DNA from: an uncultured Eubacteriales bacterium
GTDB taxonomy: Bacteria > Bacillota > Clostridia > Oscillospirales > Acutalibacteraceae
Direction: 5' to 3'
Assembly: GCA_934511365.1 (NCBI GenBank)
Contig: CAKSWC010000003.1
Span: forward strand, 116,227 to 180,226
Length of the DNA stretch: 64,000 nt
Below the pieces are notes generated by a model. That model was given only the letters and a program-made list of their open reading frames with translations. It did not search any database and was not told the origin of the DNA. This document shows positions 59,569-64,000 of this stretch, piece after piece. A program made the position numbers and the translations under genes. How positions within the stretch are numbered: position 1 is the stretch's first letter; the number at the start of each line of letters is the position of its first letter.

Positions 59569-60145
59569 AGCTTCTTATGCTTTTGGGCGACGGTTTTCGC
59601 TTTATATGAAGAACCGCGATGCCAACACTTTGAATCAGCGCGCAGAGTATTACAATCAAGCTATGGTTAAAATCAACGGCGCAAACAAAGAGCATTATTG
59701 CAAAAGTATATGAGCCGTAGGTTGCAGATTTGAGAAGAAAGCCGAACACTCCGGCAACAATTACGGAAACAAGAAAAACACGAAGATCAATCGTCAGCGC
59801 AAAAGCAACGGCAACAGCAACGCCTTTTCCGCCCTTAAAAGAAAGCCAAAACGGAAAGCAATGACCGAGAAATACGCCGAGCGAGCAAAGCGCAACGGCA
59901 TCAATGCTTTCAACGCCGGGAAATATTATTGTGCAGATTATTGACGGTATAATCGTCTTGAGCATATCGCAAAAAAGAACAAGGGCACCTAAAGTCCGGT
60001 TGACATTAAGGAGGGTGTTCATTGTTCCCGGATTTCCTGAGCCAATATCTCTGATGTCCTTGTTTTTGAATAGTCTGACAAAGATATACGAGCTTTGAAA
60101 GTTTCCAAACAGATATCCGATTGAAATACATAAAAACTGTTCCAT
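59567..60145 (-). CDS. plsY: Glycerol-3-phosphate acyltransferase PlsY
   Basis: Has the GSGNPGTMN motif and a membrane protein of about 192 aa. The start at MEQFLCIS (60145) is preferred over the ORF-track start. Confidence 0.75.
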   Translation of the reverse strand: MEQFLCISIGYLFGNFQSSYIFVRLFKNKDIRDIGSGNPGTMNTLLNVNRTLGALVLFCDMLKTIIPSIICTIIFPGVESIDAVALCSLGVFLGHCFPFWLSFKGGKGVAVAVAFALTIDLRVFLVSVIVAGVFGFLLKSATYGSYTFAIMLFVCAVDFNHSLIVILCALIQSVGIAVLHIKRKPSPKSIRS

Positions 60146-60243
60146 TGTATCACCGCATATATTTTTCCGTAGATGTGAAAAAATATACAATGAATAAAAC
60201 TTCTTGTTGGGCAAATGAATAGAATTACAAGGGAGGAAGTTCT

Positions 60244-60951
60244 ATGTCATATGTTCAAGTTATACTGACTTCAATTTTGTCTGTGGTTGTTTTGTTCCTG
60301 ATAACTCGTCTGATCGGATACCGGCAACTTTCTGAACTCAGCTTGTTTGATTATATCAACGGAATAACGATCGGTTCCATTGCGGCGGAGCTTGCAACCT
60401 GCGAAAGAGACGAAATCGGCGAGATACTGGTTGCAATGGTAATTTACGGAGTCTTTGCAATACTTGTTGCTTTGGTTACCGATAAATCAATAACAATGCG
60501 GAAAATCATTGTTGGCAATCCAACCGTTCTCATGAAAAACGGACGGCTCTATTATGATGGTTTCAAAAAATCGCGCCTTGATGTCAATGAATTTCTGATG
60601 AAATGCAGAAATAACGGATATTTTGATATTACACAGATTGATACGGCAATAATGGAGCCAAATGGCAGGGTCAGCTTTCTTCCGGTATCTGAGGACAGGC
60701 CTGCAACGCCAAAAGATATGAAAATTGCCGTTACTCAAGATGAGCTGGTTGCCAATGTCATTATAGACGGCAAGGTGATTGAAAAAAGCCTCTCTATGAT
60801 TGGCAAGGATGGAACATGGCTGCGCAATCAGCTTAAAAATCAGCAGCATACTGACCTGAGTCAAATTCTTCTTGCAAGCTGCGACAATAAAGGAACACTC
60901 ACCGTGTTCTTAAAAAGCGACAAAAAGAGCGACAGCTGTCTTGGCGTTTAA
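60244..60951 (+). CDS. DUF421/YetF-family membrane protein
   Basis: N-terminal TM segment, then LSELSLFDYINGITIGSIAAELA and the YetF-like C-terminal domain. Confidence 0.7.
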   Translation: MSYVQVILTSILSVVVLFLITRLIGYRQLSELSLFDYINGITIGSIAAELATCERDEIGEILVAMVIYGVFAILVALVTDKSITMRKIIVGNPTVLMKNGRLYYDGFKKSRLDVNEFLMKCRNNGYFDITQIDTAIMEPNGRVSFLPVSEDRPATPKDMKIAVTQDELVANVIIDGKVIEKSLSMIGKDGTWLRNQLKNQQHTDLSQILLASCDNKGTLTVFLKSDKKSDSCLGV

Positions 60952-60977
60952 AAAGTGGCATATATCCCAAAATCATC

Positions 60978-61002
60978 AGTCCCTTAAGCGGGACTTTTTT
61001 TA
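60978..61002 (+). terminator. Rho-independent terminator
   Basis: The stem agtccc...gggact is followed by ttttttt. Confidence 0.55.
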
Positions 61003-61104
61003 GTATTAATATTTTTAGTATTAATAAAAGATTACGTTTTTGTTATTCAGTGGACTTTTTTGAAAAAATGTTATATAATAGCCTTATCATAGGAGGTATT
61101 TAAA

Positions 61105-61677
61105 ATGAAAAGTAAAAAATTACCCATAGTAATACTCACTGTTCTTGTGATTATCGGATTCATTATTGGTTTCTTTGCCGGTGGATATAATAGACTTGTT
61201 AAAGCGCAGACCAATGTTGAAACAAAGCAGGCTGATATCCAGACGCAGCTTCAGCGCAGAGCCGATCTTATTCCGAATTTTATTGCAACGGTTAAAGGTT
61301 ACACAAAATATGAGCAGGAAACGCTGACAGCTGTTACTCAAGCAAGAGCGTCGGTTTCAAAAGCAACAGACGGTGAAAGCCTTTCGCAGGCCAGCGACCA
61401 GCTCGACAAAGCAATTTCCGTTTGGGTTAATGCCGTTACGGAGGCTTATCCGGAACTTAAAGCAAATTCAAACTATATTGCCCTTCAGGACGAACTTGCC
61501 GGAACGGAAAACAGAATTGCCGTTGCGCGTAAAGATTATAACGAGGCCGTTCAAAGCTATAACACAATGATTAAAACATTCCCGAAGAATATTCTTGCCG
61601 GTATGTTTAACTTTGAAAAGGCGGCATTCTTTACGGCGAGTGATGGGGCTCAGACTGTACCAAATGTGGAGTTTTAA
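61105..61677 (+). CDS. LemA-family protein
   Basis: N-terminal TM, then GGYNRLVKAQTNVETKQADIQTQLQRRADLIPN, typical of LemA. Confidence 0.8.
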   Translation: MKSKKLPIVILTVLVIIGFIIGFFAGGYNRLVKAQTNVETKQADIQTQLQRRADLIPNFIATVKGYTKYEQETLTAVTQARASVSKATDGESLSQASDQLDKAISVWVNAVTEAYPELKANSNYIALQDELAGTENRIAVARKDYNEAVQSYNTMIKTFPKNILAGMFNFEKAAFFTASDGAQTVPNVEF

Positions 61678-61680
61678 AAA

Positions 61681-62463
61681 ATGAAAAAGTTTGTTTCGTT
61701 AGCGGTAACTGTCTGCGTCCTTTTTCTGATGCTTTTGCCGTTTGCTTCTGCGCTTGATATACCCAAGCCGACCGCGGATTTCTTTGTTAATGACTTTGCA
61801 AATGTTATTTCTGAGTCAGATAGAAGAACAATGCAAAATCAAGGTGAAAACCTTTATAAAGCCTGCAAAGCTCAGGTTGTTGTTGCAACCGTTTCAACTC
61901 TCGGCGGCAGTGACTTGGAAACATATTCATTAAAGATGGCGCGCGAATGGGGTATCGGTGATAAGGAAAGCAACAGCGGCGTTCTTTTGCTGCTTGCCGT
62001 GTCTGAACGCAAAGTCAGAATTGAAGTCGGATACGGACTTGAGGGCGCACTTCCGGACAGCAAGACCGGGCGTATACTTGATACTTATGGCATGGATTAT
62101 TTCAAAGTGAATGAATTTTCCGAAGGTCTTGCCGCCGTTTATAATTCGCTTGTGAATGAAGTGTACATTGAATACGGTATGGAACCGGACGATGATTATG
62201 AGCCTGTAGACGATTATGATTTAATCAGCGAAAAGGCTGAGAATGTGATCACTGTTGTAATTCTCGTCATATTTATTCTTCTTACACTTTTTCGCGTTGT
62301 CTTGTTCAGGTTTTTCCCCGGACTGCGGCGGCGCGGCCGGAAGTATAGAGGCAGATTCTTTGGCGGTGGTTTCGGTGGCGGCTCCTTTGGCGGAGGAAGC
62401 AGCGGCGGCTTTTCCGGGGGAGGCGGCTCCTTTGGCGGAGGCGGTTCATCGCGCGGATTTTAA
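61681..62463 (+). CDS. TPM-domain protein with a Gly-rich C-terminus
   Basis: Signal peptide, TPM-phosphatase-like core (VVATVSTLGGSDLETYSLKMAREWGIG...VLLLLAVSERKVRIEVGYGLEG), a TM segment, and a GGGFGGGSFGGGSSGG tail. Confidence 0.7.
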   Translation: MKKFVSLAVTVCVLFLMLLPFASALDIPKPTADFFVNDFANVISESDRRTMQNQGENLYKACKAQVVVATVSTLGGSDLETYSLKMAREWGIGDKESNSGVLLLLAVSERKVRIEVGYGLEGALPDSKTGRILDTYGMDYFKVNEFSEGLAAVYNSLVNEVYIEYGMEPDDDYEPVDDYDLISEKAENVITVVILVIFILLTLFRVVLFRFFPGLRRRGRKYRGRFFGGGFGGGSFGGGSSGGFSGGGGSFGGGGSSRGF

Positions 62464-62483
62464 CATTCAGGGAAGTGTAAAGA

Positions 62484-63989
62484 ATGAAAAAAAGTTCAAA
62501 GTTTTTCCTGTTTATGCTGTTGCTTTCGGCTATTGCTGTTGGTTTGGTTTTTTCCGTGGCGGCGGAAGGCATAAAACCCGACGCACCTAAAATTACTGCT
62601 GTAAGCAATGTTAAGCAGGGTCTTATGATTAAGTGGAAAACGGTCAGTCAGTCTGACGGATATATAATCTACAGGCAAAGAAGCGGCTCGACCGCTTGGA
62701 AACGTCTTGCAGACATCCGGGGAGCCGGCACCAATTCTTATATCGACAGTTCGGTTAAGCATTCGGTAACATACACTTACTCGATTAAGGCAATTTCCAA
62801 GAACATTAAAAGCGACGGCAGCGCCGTTAAAAGGTCAAATACCTTTGTTGCCGCTCCAAAGATTAAATCTGTTGAAAATGTTCGGGCAGGTGTCAGCCTT
62901 TGTTGGGCCAGATATAACAATACCACTGAAGCAAGAATTTATCGCAAAACGCCCGGCAGTGATAAATGGCACCGTATAGGCACAGTATCAGGTAACAAGA
63001 ATAGCTTTGTTGACAAAAAAGCGCAAAGCGGTGTCAAATATATTTATCAAATACGTCAATCAGTTGGAAATGTCATGTCCGTGCGCGAGGGAAGCATTGT
63101 TGGAAAAACCTTTATAGGCTCACCAAAAAGCATTTCTTTAAAGCTTGCAAAAAGGGGAGTCGGGATTTCCTGGAGTGCTGTTGCGGGCGGCGAGAATTAT
63201 TCTGTATTTCGCAAAATACAGGGCGTAAGCGGATGGAAGCGAATCGCAAAGCGTAAGGCAGGAGTATTGACGTATACCGATAAAAACGCTCCGGCGGGCA
63301 GGTTTGTTCGTTACAAAGTCCGCGCATATACAAACTCAGGCGCGGTTGGAGCTTTTTCAGCGACCAAAAAAATCAGAACGGTTGATCCGAAGCAAAAAAT
63401 GGTTGCGTTGACCTTTGATGACGGTCCGTACAGACCTGTTACAAATCAGATTCTTGATGTTCTTGAAAGATACGGTGCAAAAGCAACATTTTTTGTTGTC
63501 GGCTCAAGAGTTTCAACGTATAGCGACTGCGTCAGGAGAGCTGCAAATCTCGGCTGTGAGATTGGCAATCATACATATAATCACGCAACATTGACCGCGG
63601 CTTCCGCTTCCGTGATTACCTCTGAAATTGAGGATACCAACAGAGCAATAAAAAGGGTGATTGGAAAGGGCGCGTCAATAGTTCGCGCACCGGGCGGTTC
63701 GGTCAACGGCAGAGTCAGAAATGTTGTTGGATATCCGCTCATCGGCTGGTCGGTTGATACCCTTGATTGGCAGCACAGAAACACGGCGCGAGTAATTGCA
63801 AGTGTGAAATCAAGCGTTAAGGATGGCTCAATCGTATTGATGCATGACCTTTATTCATCAACCGGAAACGCGGTTCAGGTTATTGTTCCGTGGCTTGTTA
63901 ACCAAGGCTATCAGCTTGTTACCGTCTCTGAAATGATGCAATATAAAGGAATAAAACTGACGGCCGGAAATGTATATTCTTGTGCTTAA
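62484..63989 (+). CDS. Polysaccharide/peptidoglycan deacetylase (NodB domain) with N-terminal Fn3-like repeats
   Basis: Signal peptide, about four repeats of roughly 90 aa, then the NodB domain with TFDDGP and HTYNHATL. Confidence 0.75.
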   Translation: MKKSSKFFLFMLLLSAIAVGLVFSVAAEGIKPDAPKITAVSNVKQGLMIKWKTVSQSDGYIIYRQRSGSTAWKRLADIRGAGTNSYIDSSVKHSVTYTYSIKAISKNIKSDGSAVKRSNTFVAAPKIKSVENVRAGVSLCWARYNNTTEARIYRKTPGSDKWHRIGTVSGNKNSFVDKKAQSGVKYIYQIRQSVGNVMSVREGSIVGKTFIGSPKSISLKLAKRGVGISWSAVAGGENYSVFRKIQGVSGWKRIAKRKAGVLTYTDKNAPAGRFVRYKVRAYTNSGAVGAFSATKKIRTVDPKQKMVALTFDDGPYRPVTNQILDVLERYGAKATFFVVGSRVSTYSDCVRRAANLGCEIGNHTYNHATLTAASASVITSEIEDTNRAIKRVIGKGASIVRAPGGSVNGRVRNVVGYPLIGWSVDTLDWQHRNTARVIASVKSSVKDGSIVLMHDLYSSTGNAVQVIVPWLVNQGYQLVTVSEMMQYKGIKLTAGNVYSCA

Positions 63990-64000
63990 TTAAGGTAACT

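Overview
This window looks like chromosome from a Firmicutes (Clostridia-like) bacterium of moderate GC content. Read left to right:

- **1..5537**: a partial 4Fe-4S polyferredoxin gene, then uvrB and uvrA behind a promoter carrying a candidate LexA (Cheo) box.
- **about 5685..22736**: a roughly 17-kb integrative mobilizable element inserted at the 3' end of a tRNA-Pro(GGG) gene (22726..22802, minus strand).
  - Ends: an 11-bp direct repeat of the tRNA 3' end and 22-bp terminal inverted repeats.
  - Backbone: Tn4451-like TnpW/TnpV, ParM/ParR, a MobC with a frameshift at a T7 tract, a MobA/VirD2-type relaxase, a ParB-like gene interrupted by an in-frame TAG, and a large serine recombinase next to the tRNA. 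I saw no conjugation machinery.
  - Cargo 1: a type IIS-like restriction-modification pair. The methyltransferase is a fused m5C+m6A enzyme and the downstream protein carries an HNH motif.
  - Cargo 2: a three-gene minus-strand operon of two unrecognised proteins (381 aa with a C-terminal Cys cluster; 305 aa, sigma-70-like) and a 1242-aa STAND-type P-loop NTPase with an N-terminal nuclease-like domain. This is the most likely undescribed system, possibly antiviral defence.
- **23487..63989**: host genes.
  - pntAA-pntAB-pntB. PntB carries a perfect 463-bp tandem duplication of its NADP(H)-binding dIII domain.
  - asnS and an aminotransferase.
  - A Bce-like module of response regulator, histidine kinase, ABC ATPase and FtsX permease.
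  - A small DUF1540 protein, then about 0.9 kb with no convincing gene and a candidate sRNA.
  - A FeoA-FeoB fusion translationally coupled to a Cys-rich peptide.
  - A sortase-dependent pilus locus. Its 1630-aa LPETG tip adhesin has about 11 N-terminal tandem Cys/His repeats plus PA14-like and ricin-like domains.
  - Two GPH transporters, one with a roughly 380-aa Lys/Glu-rich cytoplasmic tail, and a GH13 alpha-glucosidase.
  - plsY, a DUF421 protein, LemA, a TPM-domain protein and a polysaccharide deacetylase.

I found no rRNA genes and no CRISPR array.
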